Assembly (NCBI RefSeq): GCF_006345805.1
Contig: NC_043000.1
Coordinates: forward strand, 149,048,001 to 149,112,000
From: Octopus sinensis
Taxonomy: Eukaryota
DNA length: 64,000 bases
Direction: 5' to 3'
The notes under the pieces are model-generated. The model was not told the origin of the DNA, searched no databases, and saw nothing but the letters and a program-made list of their open reading frames with translations. Positions 47,702 through 61,793 of the stretch are shown piece after piece. The position numbers and the translations under genes were made by a program. Every line of letters starts with the position of its first letter. The stretch's first letter is position 1.

Positions 47702-47761
47702 CAAATGGCGGTGCCCCAGCATGGCCACAGCTCGTGAGCTGAAACTAGAATCAATCAATCA
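47702..47761 (+). mobile_element. Extremely 5'-truncated copy of the 20018-25590 LINE (3' tail only)
   Basis: CAAATGGCGGTGCCCCAGCATGGCCACAGCTCGTGAGCTGAAACTAG(AATC)n. Confidence 0.85.
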
Positions 47762-48585
47762 TAGTGCATATATTTTTGATTGAATTATCAATAACTTTGT
47801 TCAGAGAAGTTTTCTATACATTTAGAGGTATTGGAGGGATTTTAAATAAGAATATATTCCTTTCACTTCAAGGAATATATCTCTATAAAAATTATATTGT
47901 ACTTTCCTCACTTAACGAAGTTTCTGATAGCGAAATTAAAGTAGAGTAAATTAGCGAAATAAATGTGGAATATATTTGCGAAATAAAAGTGGAATGTATG
48001 ATTTCGTTAATCGAAGTGCATGCGCGTGTTTGTAAGCGCAGGTGTGTGCGTGCGTGCGCGCGCGCGCGTGTGTATGTGTGTGTGAGCGTAGGTGTGTGAT
48101 CGTAGGTGTATGCGAGCGTGTGATCAACCTGTGGCTAAGGTAGAAGACATGAAGTACGATCATCAAATACCACAAAGCCAAATACTCCCCCCACACACAT
48201 ACACACACACACACACACGCACGCACGCATACACAAACACACACACACATATCTATACATACATGCACACGTTAGTGGTGTCGAACAGAAGAGTACTCAA
48301 TACCGAATTTTTGAGTATGAATTATTTATTATGTAAATTACAATTACGATGACATGATGATACCCTAGGTTCCTTGTTAACAGATCCGAGCATTCGTTCA
48401 GGCGGCGAAAGGTCCGATTGTAAGCCAAGGTATGCCAAAATATGGGTGTATGCAAAGAATGTACTGTTTTCTTTGACTCATATAGCTGCCGGAACAAATA
48501 CAGATCTTGTATAGGACAGATGTGAAATTTCAGTCTTGTTTCCATCCGAAAGAAAGTTTTAAATAACTTAAAGATAATAATTCCT

Positions 48586-48954
48586 GATGCTGCTTTGGCG
48601 TGTGATCTACAAGAGCGATCACTTTGGGTTGCTTTTTAATTGACTTTTCGATTTCTAAAAACCTGTAAGATGTTGGCTAAAGATTTTTACAATGTGATCA
48701 GCGACGAGACGAAGGCAGTTGCATTTTTACAAGAAACTCGAAGGCAGTTGCGTTTTTACAAGAAACCAGAAGGAAGTTGCGTTTTTACAAGAAACCAGAA
48801 CTAAATTCACATAATTTCAATGGCGTCACTTTGGCGTGTGATTTACATTTTAAAGGGAGATTACTTTAGGTTACTTTTTATGGATTTTATTATTTAATTC
48901 AGTATAATAGAAAAACGTAATCTCCCCTGTAGATCACACGCCAAAGCAGCACCC
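48586..48954 (+). mobile_element. Merlin-like deletion derivative
   Basis: TIRs G[A/G]TGCTGCTTTGGCGTGTGATCTACA; AATTCCT(G) duplicated at both ends; short frame MLAKDFYNVISDETKAVAFLQE resembling a Merlin/IS1016 transposase N-terminus; internal ~30-bp tandem repeats. Confidence 0.7.
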
Positions 48955-49174
48955 AATTCCTGTTAAAATCTACTTTTTTTTTATTTACTCACAGCAAAAT
49001 TGTAAGACTCATCAAATGCAACATTAGAATCACGTGCGCAGCAAGTCTACAATTGATGCAGCAAAGAAGTGCCAACATAACCACATGTAATTAATCGCTG
49101 CAACATAAGAGTCACAGACATAATTACTGCAGAAAAGTGCATTCATAAAAAAATAGTGTGAAAATACAACTATA

Positions 49175-49345
49175 GGCGCAGGAGTGGCTGTGTGGTAAGT
49201 AGCTTGCCTACCAACCACATGGTTCCGGGTTCAGTCCCACTGCGTGGCATCTTGGGTAAGTGTCTTCTGCTATAGCCCCGGGCCGACCAATGCCTTGTGA
49301 GTGGATTTGGTAGACGGAAACTGAAAGAAGCCTGTCGTATATATG

Positions 49346-49394
<49 letters not shown>

Positions 49395-49603
49395 TTGTCC
49401 CCCTAGCATTGCTTGACAACCGATGCTGGTGTGTTTACGTCCCCGTCACTTAGCGGTTCGGCAAAAGAAACCGATAGAATAAGTACTGGGCTTACAAAAA
49501 GAATAAGTCCCGGGGTCGATTTGCTCGACTAAAGGCGGTGCTCCAGCATGGCCGCAGTCAAATGACTGAAACAAGTAAAAGAGTAAAAGAGTAAAAAAGA
49601 GAG
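49175..49603 (+). mobile_element. SINE family B
   Basis: Near-consensus copy. Confidence 0.9.
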
Positions 49604-49864
49604 TATGAACTGACATTATGGTGAAATGTAACTTTTTAGTATAATAGCTGTTATGAATAATAAATAACATATAGCCACCGTACGACGCCCTGTCAGATAG
49701 TAAGTGCAGAAAAATGTATTCGCTGCAAAATACTACAACAAAATGTCAATATCTGATGAAGTGCTTCGGACTGTTCTTCGTTTTTGCTATTATGGTAACT
49801 GTGAAGAATTTGTTATGCGATAATGGTGTATAATGTTGCAGTTGTTCGACTTTATTTTCTTGTA

Positions 49865-50159
49865 TTTTATTTGTTTTAGTCATTAGACTGCGGTCATGCT
49901 GGGGCACCGCCTCGAAGAATTTTAATCGAATGAATCGATCCTAGTACATACTTTTTATTTAAAAGCCTGGTACTACTTATTCTCTCGGTCGCTTTTGCCG
50001 AACCGCTAAGTTACGGGGACCTAAACACACCAACATCGGATGTCAGACGATGCTAGGGGACAAATACACACACACACACATACAACACTATCTCTCTCTC
50101 TCTCTCTCTCACATACACACACACTCTCTCTCGCACACACACACTCTCTCTCGCACACA

Positions 50160-50200
<41 letters not shown>

Positions 50201-50357
50201 ACTCACACACTCTCTCACACACACTCTTACGACGGACTTCTGTTTTTTAGTTTCCATCTACCAAATCCACTTACAAAACTATGGTCAACCTGAGGCTATA
50301 GTAGATTATATTTGCCCAAGGTGTCACGCAGTGGGACTGAATCCGGAGCCATATGTT
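49865..50357 (-). mobile_element. Old SINE family B copy with expanded CA/CT microsatellite
   Basis: Degenerate match. Confidence 0.75.
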
Positions 50358-50443
50358 ATATAAACTTTGTTATATGAATAAAATAAAGTGCTCCATACGT
50401 GCACAGAGTGAACATACACATATAACGTGAAACAGCTCTTTAT

Positions 50444-51815
50444 GTTAGTTAGTTAGTTAGTTAGTTAATTTGGCTCAAAAGCAAATAGCAAGGCCATGTA
50501 GGGGGACATGGAGTTATGTACAGGGTGGTGTTCATGTAAAGAGTTCAGGCCACTTGAGGTCCAGGGAGGCTTTGAACAAAGCGGTCGTCGGCATCTTCAC
50601 CATCTCGTCTGGCAGCTTGTTCCACGGATCCGCAACCCGGACGGAGAAAGCTCCTCTCCTTCGATTGAGATGAAATCGTCGCAGGTAAAGCTTTTCGGAA
50701 TGACCCCGCAGCCGACGCTCCGGAGCAGGAGTGAAGAACAGCTCTTTCGAGAGGTTACACTTCCCGCTTATGATGTTGTGGGCGAGAATGAGATCACCAC
50801 GGCGGCGGCGTTTTTCAAGAGAACAAAGGTTGAGACCATGAACCATGCGGGTAGCCAGCCTCTGGACTCTTTCGAGGTGCTGTATGTCTTTGAGGAGATA
50901 AGGAGAAGAGGCTTGAATCCCATACTCCAATATGGGTCTCACCAGCGTGACATAGAGTGGCAGGAATATGGCTGCTGTGAGCATTCCGAATGACCGTCGA
51001 ATCAAAAACAGAATTCCGCGCGCTTTGTTGGCAGCATGGACGCACTGGGCCGAAGGCGAAAAGGAGGAATCCACCAAGATACCCAGGTCCTTTACCTGAT
51101 CGGTCCTCTCCAGCAGCAGACGACCCGGCTCGAAATCAAGTTGAGTTGCAGGAGTAGAGCCGACAGGCAGATGACAGCACTTTGACACGTTCAGACACAG
51201 GTCCCAATCGTTAGACCACTTCCAAATTTGGTGTAGGCATCGACGAAGATCCTCTATACTACCGCGAGGAGCGACCAGTTTGATATCGTCGGCAAATAGA
51301 AGGGTGTGTTGCGTGAGGTCGTCGGGCAAGTCATTTATGAAGACTAAGAACAACAAGGGCCCAAGCACTGAACCTTGAGGCACGCCACTGCTCGCACTGG
51401 AGACGTCGGACCGCGAACCATTAACTTGAACTTGGAAGGAGCGATCTGAGAGGAAGGCACCAACCCATCGTACAATATCCGGATGGAAACTATATGCTTG
51501 AAGCTTGACAAGTAGTAGGCGGTGGTTTACCGAGTCAAAAGCTTTGGCAAAGTCCAATAAAACGATGTCAACAGCATCACTATCATCGAGGATGCGGGTC
51601 ACCAATTCTTCCATTACTAGTAAGTTGGTCAAGCATGATCTCTTCGGTACGAAGCCGTGTTGGGAATCAGTGATCGAGGCTGTGTTTAGGAGGTGGAGCA
51701 TCATACTTTTCTTAAGGATGGTTTCGAACATCTTGCTGATTATTGATGTAAGGGAAACCGGTCGGTAGTTAAGCGGGTCTTCGCGGCTCCCTTTCTTGAA
51801 AATTGGGCAGATTAT
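50444..51815 (-). mobile_element. 5'-truncated CR1 LINE, second family
   Basis: RT-coding frame to 50532, short 3' UTR, (TAAC)n tail. Confidence 0.92.
50532..51815 (-). pseudogene. CR1 ORF2 reverse transcriptase remnant (open frame, no endonuclease)
   Basis: NYRPVSLTS, QHGF, LDFAKAFD, GVPQGSVLGP, FADD, KDLG, LERVQRLATRM, WNKLP. Confidence 0.9.
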
Positions 51816-51854
51816 GAAATATGTATTATCGGTTGATGTTTCATGCCCAACTAA

Positions 51855-52236
51855 TCTTCTTCATATATATAAAAGTGAAGTTGTGTGTCTGTCTCCTACG
51901 ATTTAGATTCCTAACTACTCCCACATTTTGCGGTGCAGTTTAACCAAAACCGGGTATCTTATAGTCGTGATTCATATCGAGCCCTTCTGGGTACTAGCGC
52001 GCGTCTACGGTGAGTCTACGATTTAAAGCAAAATTTACCATCATTTTTTCGCTATTATATAAGGGAAGTAACTCTCTAAAAATGTCTATGATGAGTCAAC
52101 GATTTAAAAAAAAATTTACCATAATTTTTTTCCATTTTGAATGCATTTTTTTGCTATTTTTTGGCTATAACTCTCTAAAAATGCTTATATAGTTATTTCC
52201 CTTACAAACCCGAGCAACGCCGGGCGATACTGCTAG
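51855..52236 (+). mobile_element. Non-autonomous Helitron H1
   Basis: Consensus match with internal duplication; hairpin+CTAG|T. Confidence 0.85.
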
Positions 52237-52631
52237 TTAATTCATAAGTTAGGTCCTTTTAAAACAATGAGTTGGCTAACAATGTTAGAAGTTCTGAAGA
52301 CAAAGTATGCACATTGATGTTGGTGAATTAGCCATTCCCTCATATATGATCGGTTGATGTTTGACCGAATTTGCAGAAGGAATAAACAACAAAAATTGTT
52401 AAATAAACATTGGTGAATGAAAAATTATCGGCACGTGATTTCCCCGTTGTCTAAGTTCAAAGATTTGTAAAAGTAAAGAAAAGAAAAATCCGGATGTAAT
52501 TAATATTGCTTTAATTGGTGGTTGTTTTTGGAAATTCTAACATTGTTTTGCCAAATCATTGTCTGACGATTGCTTAATTGTTTAATTAATTGGTTGCGCA
52601 CGAAACTCAGAGGGAAGTTATATATATATTT

Positions 52632-52856
52632 TTTCTTTTACTGCCCACGAGGGGCTAAACATAGAGAGGACAAACAAGGACAGACAAAGGGATTAAGTCG
52701 ATTACATCGACCCCAGTGCGAAACTGGTACTTTATTTATCGACCCCGAAAGTATGAAAGGCAAAGTCGACCTCGGCGGAATTTGAACTCAGAACGCAACG
52801 ACAGACGAAATACCGCTAAGCATTTCACCCGGCGCGCTAACGTTTCTGCCAGCTCT
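52632..52856 (-). mobile_element. SINE family A
   Basis: Consensus match. Confidence 0.88.
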
Positions 52857-52965
52857 ACATAAAGGTTCTCTTTCCCTGTTTCTGTTTCTCCCTTTCCTCT
52901 CCTAAATGTGTGTGTATGTATGTGAGAGAAAGTGGGAGAGAGGTGTGTTTGTGTGTGTGTGTGGT

Positions 52966-53009
<44 letters not shown>

Positions 53010-53348
53010 ATATTTCAAAATACATATATTGAAGACATTGATCAAATGCATATTGGCTGAAGGACTTATTTCTAGAAAAGCATATTCGTAGAAAGACAAA
53101 TTGAACGAAAAGGTGTTAGTCGAAGAAAACTAATGCAATTATTCACTGAGATCTACCATAAACTTTTTAGAGTGCTAAAATCTAAAAATTGCTACTATAT
53201 GAATAAGAATTGACAGGTCGTATATAATCTGCAAAATTTGATGTCGGGTTGATGAAATCATTTATGATAGTCATAAAATATAAACATTTGGTCGGGACTG
53301 TAATTTGAACTCGCACCCACAAAGTTTGATTTTTTATATTATGTAAAA

Positions 53349-53715
53349 CGAGCAAAACGCTCGCCCCGTCCAATGGACGGTGCTGAGTTGTCAAACATTT
53401 AAATCAAATTTTCTCAAAACAACTTGTCCGACCGTCACATAGGTCTCCCCCTTGAGAAACACTGATTTGACCTAAATTTGAGACACCAGCAAAAGAAGAA
53501 ATAAAGATAGACTTTTTTCTATTCCAAAGAAAAACGATTTCCCACGACTTTATCGATCACATTCTCACCTGGAATCGATTTTTGTAATTTTTTCAAGACT
53601 TAAACACGCCCTGATACCATCGGTATCTACATATCAAATTTGAGCGCAATCGAATGGAGGATGCCCGAGATCCTAGAAAACACACACACAGACAGAATGA
53701 ATTTTATATAATAGA
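53349..53715 (-). mobile_element. Helitron-like H2 copy
   Basis: A|TC start at 53715, hairpin and CTCG|T end at 53349. Confidence 0.75.
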
Positions 53716-54350
53716 TAAGTTAAAAAAAGAACGTGAAAGAAAAAAAGAAAGAAGGAGAAGCAGGTAACGAGAAATGTCAATCGTGTAAAAGAAAGAGAAA
53801 AATAGTGACAGTAAAGAATTAAAAAGAGAGATACAGCAACGAAAATTAAAAGCACCAGGTGAGAAAGAGAAAGAAGTGTTAGAAAAGACCAAAAGACTAT
53901 GAACGCAAGATAAGAGAAGAGAGAAGTAGGGGAGAGAGAGAGGGGAGGGAGGGAGAGATAGATAGTAGCTTCATACACACCACACACATGCTTACATACA
54001 TACACACACATACACGCGCACACGTTAGCTTCATATCTTCACATGCTTCATATCCGTACGCATGTAAGGTCACTCTTGTTTCCTTTGCCACGAATGCTTC
54101 AATCAACTTCACAGTTGTCTCTCTTACCGCTCACGCCTCTAGCGCCCGCCTCCTTTTCCGGTCATTTCAGCATGTGGTTACTGTCTAATTGAAACTCGTT
54201 TCTTCTTTCCTCTTTCCATTTTCCCTCTCCTCGTCTATTTTTTCTGGAGAAGAAAGTATGTAAACGACTTATAATTTTTCCCGAGCGTAAGCAATAATAC
54301 ACCCAGTTTCTTTTTATGTCTCGTCCTCGTATTTTTTTATTACTTTTGTC

Positions 54351-55145
54351 GGCGCAGCTGTGTAATAAGAAGCTTGCTTCCCATCGCATGTTTGCAGGTT
54401 CAACCCCACTGCGTGGAACCTTCGACAGGTGTCTTCTGCTATATCCTTGGGCTGACCAAAGTCTTGTGAGTGGATTTGGTACACAGAAACAGAAGGAAAC
54501 CCGTCGTACACACACGCACACATGTATGTAATATATGTATGTATGTATGTATGTGTGTGTGTATGTATGTGTGTGTGTGTATGTATGTATGTATGTATGT
54601 ATGTATGTATGTATGTATGTATATTTGTTAGGACTCCTAGGACTCATAGCCTTTGTTACGGCATCCTTCTAGGAGAAGGTAACTCCGGTAACTGGGATAA
54701 CTCCGACATAAAACCTGCGGCTCAGTGGTTACCGATGATGTTGACTTGTTCTTCTTTTCGGATTATGGCTGCTGTCGCTTAGTGAGTTGGATTGACTCAG
54801 TGCACAGTCTTTCCTCACTTTAAAAAATATCTTCTTGCACAGGTATTGCACGATAACAACATTGACTAAGCTTCGTGCAATGGCCATACTCGATAACGAG
54901 GGGGCAACCACCATGTATGTATGTATGTGTTTGTGTCTGTGTTTGTCACCAACCACCGTTTGACAACCAGTGTTGGTGTGTCTACGTACCCGTGACTTAG
55001 CAATTTGGCAAAAGAGAACAATAGAATAAGTACCAGGCTTTAAAAAAAGGAGTACTGAGGTCAATTCACTCGACTAAAACTTCTTCAAGACGGTGCTCCA
55101 GCATGGCCGCAGTATAATTACTGAAACCAGTAAAAGATAAAAGAT
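54351..55145 (+). mobile_element. Old SINE family B with nested insertion
   Basis: Head at 54351, tail at ~55090-55145; foreign element inside its internal microsatellite. Confidence 0.75.
54625..54914 (+). mobile_element. 5'-truncated copy of the (CATA)n-associated retroposon
   Basis: Reverse complement of 62904-63180; (TATG)n on both sides. Confidence 0.8.
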
Positions 55146-55153
55146 CATAGATG

Positions 55154-55207
<54 letters not shown>

Positions 55208-55521
55208 GTGTGCTTGAAAAGTTGAAAGATGAAAGCGCTTACACACAATACGAAAGCTTCATTCCAAAATGTTCGTGTCATCCTGTTTTTCAAAATGTTT
55301 TTTAAATAGTTAATAACTTTTAAGAAAATCTTTCTTCAAATATCGATTTCAAATTTGGGCAGAAGGCTAGCATTTTCGAGAGAAAAAGCTAAGTGAATTA
55401 AATCTACCCCAGTACTCATCTGGTTCTTATTTTATCGACCCTGAAAGATAAAAAGACAAAGTCGACCTTGGCAGAATTTGAACCTTAAACGTAATCTTTT
55501 TTGAAATATTGTAACTATATA

Positions 55522-55889
55522 GGCGCAGGAGTGGCTGTGTGGTAAGTAGCTTGTTTACCAACCACATGGTTCCGGGTTCAATCCCACTGCGTGGCATCTT
55601 GGGCAAGTGTCCTCTACTATAGCCTCGGGCCGACCAAAGCCTTGTGAGTGGATTTGGTAGACGGAAACTGAAAGAAGCCCGTTGTATATATGTATATATA
55701 TATGTATGTGCGTGTTTGTGTATCTGTGTTTGTCCCCCTAGCATTGCTTGACAACCGATGCTGGTGTGTTTATGTCCCCGTTACAAAAAGATTAAGTCCT
55801 GGGGTCGAGTTGCTCGATTAAAGGCGGTGCTCCAGCATGGCCGCAGTCAAATGACTGAAACAAGTAAAAGAGTAAAAGAGTAAAGAGTA
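55522..55889 (+). mobile_element. SINE family B
   Basis: Consensus match with an internal deletion. Confidence 0.88.
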
Positions 55890-56388
55890 ATATCAAGTAT
55901 TTCTTGCAAATATATATATAGAGAATCTCACTCCCCTACTCAGACGTTGCTGCAATGGGTGCTTATCGCAGCAAGCTTTCAGACAATTACCACCTACGCT
56001 AATACACGACCTCTTCCCATCATTGAATTTTTCATTGAGTGTCTTGCACTTCTCAGCCAAGACCAGATAGTCTATGCACCGTAAAATAGAGTACTGAAAA
56101 TTAAGTAGTGTCAATATAAAAGGTATAAGTTTATATATTTATGTTCGCTAAATATCAAAATTAGAGAGATCAGTTATATAGCTGTAATGAAGTCATGAGT
56201 CAAAAGGTTGAAATTAATTGAGAAAGGAAAACAGAACCGATATTCCTAACAAAAACTCCCGAAAAGCCAGAATCTTAACGATTCTATTAACTAATAATAT
56301 CACACTATTATTGAGGATAAGGCAAATTAATTAAAATCATATAGGCGAAGTAAATAAGTCAGATCACTTCTATAATAATTTAAAATTG

Positions 56389-56702
56389 CACCGTCTCTTC
56401 GACTTACGACCCATGCGACTTGCGACTATCCGCATATACGACCACAAAAATAAAAATTAAATTAAAAAATCGATTTTCCGACGTTGGGCAGCTGCGCGTA
56501 CGATAACTATGGCAGCATCTGGTAACGGATCTCCATCAGACCAAGGCATCCGCTGTCTACTGCTGTCTCTCTCACTCAGTCACTTTCAAGCATCAGTTGC
56601 ATGAATGAAAACAGTGTTGAAAAATATAATCTGACATACGACCAGATCGACTTACGACCTGTCAGTCGGAAAGGAACTCGGTCGTAAGTCAAGGAGAAGG
56701 TG
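56389..56702. mobile_element. Tigger/pogo-like MITE
   Basis: Imperfect TIRs CACCGTCTCTTCGACTTACGACC / GGTCGTAAGTCAAGGAGAAGGTG, TA on the right, subterminal GACTTACGAC repeats. Confidence 0.7.
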
Positions 56703-56830
56703 TATATTAGGAAAATGATAAAAGAATTATAAAGAATTATACAGAGGATGCAGGGAGGATGAAGCAAATATTAAAAAGATACCACTTAAGGTTAGAAACA
56801 AACTGAATAAAGTTAATAAATTATGTATTA

Positions 56831-57222
56831 CTAGCAGTATCGCCCGGCGTTGCTCGGGTTTGTAAGGGAAATAACTATATAAGCATTTTTAGAGTTATAG
56901 TAAAAAAATAGCAAAAAATGCATTAAATTTGGAAAAAATATGATGGTAAATTTTTTTTTAAATCGTTGACTCATCGTAGACATTTTTAGAGAGTTGCTTC
57001 CCTTATATTAAAAAAATATGCATTAAAATGAATAAAAATGATGGTAAATTATTTTTAAAATCGCAGACTCATCGTAGACGCGCGCTAATACCCAGAAGGG
57101 CTCGATATGAATCACGACTATAAGATACCCGGTTTTGGTTAAACTGCACCGCAAAATGTGGGAGTAGTTAGGAATCTAAATCGGAGTAGACAGACACACA
57201 ACCTTACTTTTATATATAAAGA
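56831..57222 (-). mobile_element. Non-autonomous Helitron H1
   Basis: Reverse-complement consensus, A|TC...CTAG|T. Confidence 0.85.
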
Positions 57223-58574
57223 TGTAAAATATAAAATTTACGAATGTGCACCCATTGGTCTTTAGAACTAAAGGTGTACAAAAGTGACTTTAAAATTTTC
57301 AGTTAAATGTATTAATAGTATTAAGATACGCTGATAATATAATCCATGGATCTTATTGCGAGTAATTAAGCTATATATTGTAGGGTTATAGACACTTATC
57401 TAGGGCCCGTCGAAGACTTTATAGAATCGGATGAAATTATTAGAACGTTCCGTAGAATAGTTTGCATTTGATCCATAATTCACTCGATCTATTCATAACA
57501 TCACTCGTAACTTTAAAGGTTTCCAACAATTTCAAACAGCAGAGATAACAACCACATCTATCACCAACATAAGACTTAGCCTGTCTAACAATGTTCTACG
57601 TTGGATGAAAATCGATATTTTTGTCCTTTAACTTTTAGACCTTCGCAGTAGGTGAGGTTGTTTTCGCTCTATCTCTCCTTCTAAATGTATGAAGACGATT
57701 ATGTAAACTTGATTAAAGATTGGAAGAAGTGGAACTTACGTAAATATGCAGATTAGTTTCAGCATATCATTTATTTACTATATTTTTGGTCGGTTTATTT
57801 CGTAGCGGGCATTTATATTTCTTCTTACAATTACACAATCTAGTTATCATTGGGATTGGAATATTGCGGGTTACATAACAAATACTGTTATGCAGCACAC
57901 AACCACAATCAATATAGTTGTTATGTGCGTTAGCCACTCCATCAACACTTACAATACCATAATTCATGTTGTGTGATGTCTGTCAGTCTCCCAAATGTTT
58001 CAAAATGACTACAATCATTATCGTTATTACTACTATTGCATTTTTTGTTCTTGCCATGACTATCATTATAACTATTCACTCAAGTTCATTTAGTACAGGC
58101 CTGGTCAATTCGAATTACATTGAGGGCCACTTTAAATACAGAAAGGTTTTTGAGGATCGCTTATATCATTTATGCACTGATTGTCAAATAACCAAATTAC
58201 AGAATCAAGAATTTTTCATACTTTTCGTTTGTTTAAAATTGTAAAATTGTAAGCTATTATTGCTTTATTGCCACTTATAAAAGAATATTTCAAACAGTTG
58301 TGGTTTTTATGCTATAATCTCTCTTTTACTGACAAGCACTTATTACATTGATCACTTTATACAGAAAAGTATGGTATGCAGTTAAAGCACTACTACTAGA
58401 GTTAGAATATTGTATGATACAATGTATATTTGACTTACATTTGATATATAATACATATGCGCTCAGTCTTTCGAAGACTTATTTTAAAGTGTATGCATAA
58501 ATGTGAGTACATATAAAACAGCAAAAAAGACGTTCAATGAACACTTGCAAACTACATACGCGTGCTACTAGAAT

Positions 58575-58959
58575 GGAAGCACTCCGTCGGTTACGACGAT
58601 GAGCGTTCCGGTTGATCCGAATCAACGGAACAGCCTGTTCGTGAAATTAACGTGTAAGTGGCTGAGCACTCCACAGACACGTGTACCCTTAACGTAGTTC
58701 TCGAGGATATTCAGCGTGACACAGAGAGTGACAAGGCCGGCCCCTTGAAATACAGGTACAACAGAAACAGGAAGTAAGAGTGAGAGAAAGTTGTGGTGAA
58801 AGAGTACAGCAGGGATCACCACCATCCCCTGCCGGAGCCTCGTGGAGCTTTTAGGTGTTTTCGCTCAATAAACACTCACAACGCCCGGTCTGGGAATCGG
58901 GACCGCGATCCTATGACCGCGAGTCCGCTACCCTAACCACTGGGCCATTGCGCCTCCAC
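58575..58959 (-). mobile_element. SINE family C
   Basis: Consensus match; TSD GCTACTAGAAT. Confidence 0.9.
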
Positions 58960-59349
58960 GCTACTAGAATAGAGCGTGGCTGACAGAATTGAAAGCATTT
59001 TGCTTTCTCATGCTATTATTACAATAATGAATGAATGATCGTTGATACAACATGAAATATTATTGTTGCAAAAACAGTTGTATCTTTCTTTTTTTACTTT
59101 TTATTACAATCTTTAATTTTTGATAAACTTTTTAAAATGTTTGTTTAAATAAACCCATTTCAAGAAAGTATCAAGCTGGCCTCAGGTTGGCCAGCTCTGA
59201 TCTAGTACAATTAGTGTTTTTGTTATACGAATCGTTATTCTTATGAAGATTATTCCTTATGAATCGTTATTCTTATGATTATTCCTTATGTCATTGCTAT
59301 AGTTAATACCAGTATTAATGCAATTACTGGCATTTCCTTTTCTTTTCTT

Positions 59350-59715
59350 GTATTCATTTCCTTGTTTCAGTCATCTGACTATGGCGATGCTGGAACACTG
59401 CCTTTTTAGTCGAAGAAATCGAACCATGGACTTATTCTTTGTAAGCCTGGTGCTTATTCTATCGGTCTCTTCTACCAAACCGTTAAGTTACGGGGACGTA
59501 TACACACCAACATTGGTTATCAAGCGATGGTGGTGAAGGAAACACACACACACACACACATGACGGGCTTCTTTCAGTTTCTGTCTACTAAATCCACCCA
59601 CAAGGCTTTGGTCCGCACGAGGCTACAGAAGAAGACATTTGTCCAAGGTGTCACACAGCGGGACTGAACCCGGAACCATGTGGTTGGGAAGCAACCTTCT
59701 TACCACACAGCCACA
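59350..59715 (-). mobile_element. Old SINE family B copy
   Basis: Degenerate match. Confidence 0.75.
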
Positions 59716-59897
59716 TTCAAATAATTATTGTAATTATTCTCTATTATTATTACCATTATTATCATTGTCATCATTATAACACGTACAGTTAGACTTGATA
59801 ATTATTATAATTATCATCATTGATACTAACCACTAGTATTATTGTTGTTATAGTTCCGTATCTAGAGGATATTGGAGAGTACACTTGTAGGTATAAC

Positions 59898-60278
59898 GTG
59901 GAAGCGCAGTGGCCCAGTGGTTAGGGTAGTGGACTCGCGGTCGTAGGATCGCGGTTTTGATTCTCAGACCGAGCGTTGTGAGTGTTTATTGAGCGAAAAC
60001 ACCTAAAGCTTCACGAGGCTCCGGCAGGGGATGGTGGTGATCCCTGCTGTACTCTTTCACCACAACTTTCTCTCACTCTTACTTCCTGTTTCTGTTGTAC
60101 CTGTATTTCAAAGGGCCGGCCTTGTCACTCTCTGTGTCACGCTGAATATCCCCGAGAACTACGTTAAGGGTGCACGTATCTGTGGAGTGCTCAGCCACTT
60201 ACACGTTAATTTCACGAGCATGCTGTCCGTTGATCGGATCAACCGGAACGCTCGTCGTCGTAACCGACGGAGTGCTTA
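59898..60278 (+). mobile_element. SINE family C
   Basis: Consensus match, followed by (TCTA)n. Confidence 0.9.
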
Positions 60279-60287
60279 GAGAGAATG

Positions 60288-60382
<95 letters not shown>

Positions 60383-60795
60383 ATATAATTTAATAAATAA
60401 AATATATGCATACATACATATATGTACGTACCTACATCTACATGTATATATACATGCATATATAAATATATATACGTGAGTACAGGACACCACAAATAGA
60501 CGTAGAACTCAACGAGAAACGAAAGCGTAAAAACAAACATGGAAACGGACCTTTTTTTAACAACGAAAAAACAGAGTACAAGACAAACAACACAAGGAAA
60601 ATTCCCCTTCATCAGCTGTCCCTAGTTCGACTCCATGCGTGTTTCGAAGGTGAGGACAGAACACGACTCGTCGAACTAGCCCTTCCTGCGAAAGAATTAA
60701 ATAAAATTCCTTTGCAGAGGGGTAAAAACAAGGAAAGGAAAAAATGTGACAAAAACAGGACGTAAAAACGATACATATAAAATTTCCTCCAAGTA

Positions 60796-60831
<36 letters not shown>

Positions 60832-61332
60832 TAAACACACACAGTGGCTAGACATAGTAATGGAAATACCTTATTAGATGGAAGTTTTATTATTTAATAC
60901 AGGATTTGTTCAGCTTTGGTTAACTACAGCTTTATTGACTTGTACTGGTTCTAAGCAGTTGGTAGGGGAATTTGGTGCCATACTTCAAGTAGAATATGCT
61001 TTACCCTTTTTTTGCGGCGATGGCGGATGGAAGCGACCCTTTACTTGCTGCTCCAAAATGCACCATATACGTTTGATTATACTGAGGTCCGACTATTATA
61101 AGGGGTGGAATTAGGGTAATCCAAGAGGTCTACTTCACTTTTGTGCTTTTCGTACCCATTTTGAATAATATTCCTCATGTGAATCGGCCCATTATCGTCT
61201 TGGAAGATTGTGCTCCCATCAGCGAATAAAGTTTCTAGCAAAAGATGGATAGGACTCGCCGAAATATTCAAATAATTCTTGATGTTAACACTGTCAAGGT
61301 TAAGAGAATTCCATAATATGGCAGTCCAAATC

Positions 61333-61748
61333 TGTTTCTTTATTGCCCACAAGGGGCTAAACATAGAGGGGACAAACAAGGACAGACAAAGGGATTAAGT
61401 CGATTACATCGACCCCAGTGCGTAACTAGTACTTAATTTATCGATCCCGAAAGGATGAAAGGCAAAGTTGACCTCGGCGGAATTTGAACACAGAACGCAA
61501 CGACAGACGCAATACCTATTTCTTTATTACCCACAAGGGGCTAAACACAGAGGGGACAAACAAGGACAGACATAGGTATTAAGTCGATTACATCGACCCC
61601 AGTGCGTAACTGGTACTTAATTTATCGACCCCGAAAGGATGAAAGGCAAAGTCGACCTCGGCGGAATTTGAACTCACAACGTAACGCAGACGAAATACCG
61701 CTAAGCATTTCGCCCGGCGTGCTAACGTTTCTGCCAGCTCGCCGCCTT
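61333..61748 (-). mobile_element. SINE family A dimer with 14-bp TSD
   Basis: TSD TGGCAGTCCAAATC (61319-61332, 61749-61762); junction GAAATAG|GTATT at ~61515. Confidence 0.9.
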
Positions 61749-61793
61749 TGGCAGTCCAAATCACTACACAACGACCCCTATGCTTCATGATAG

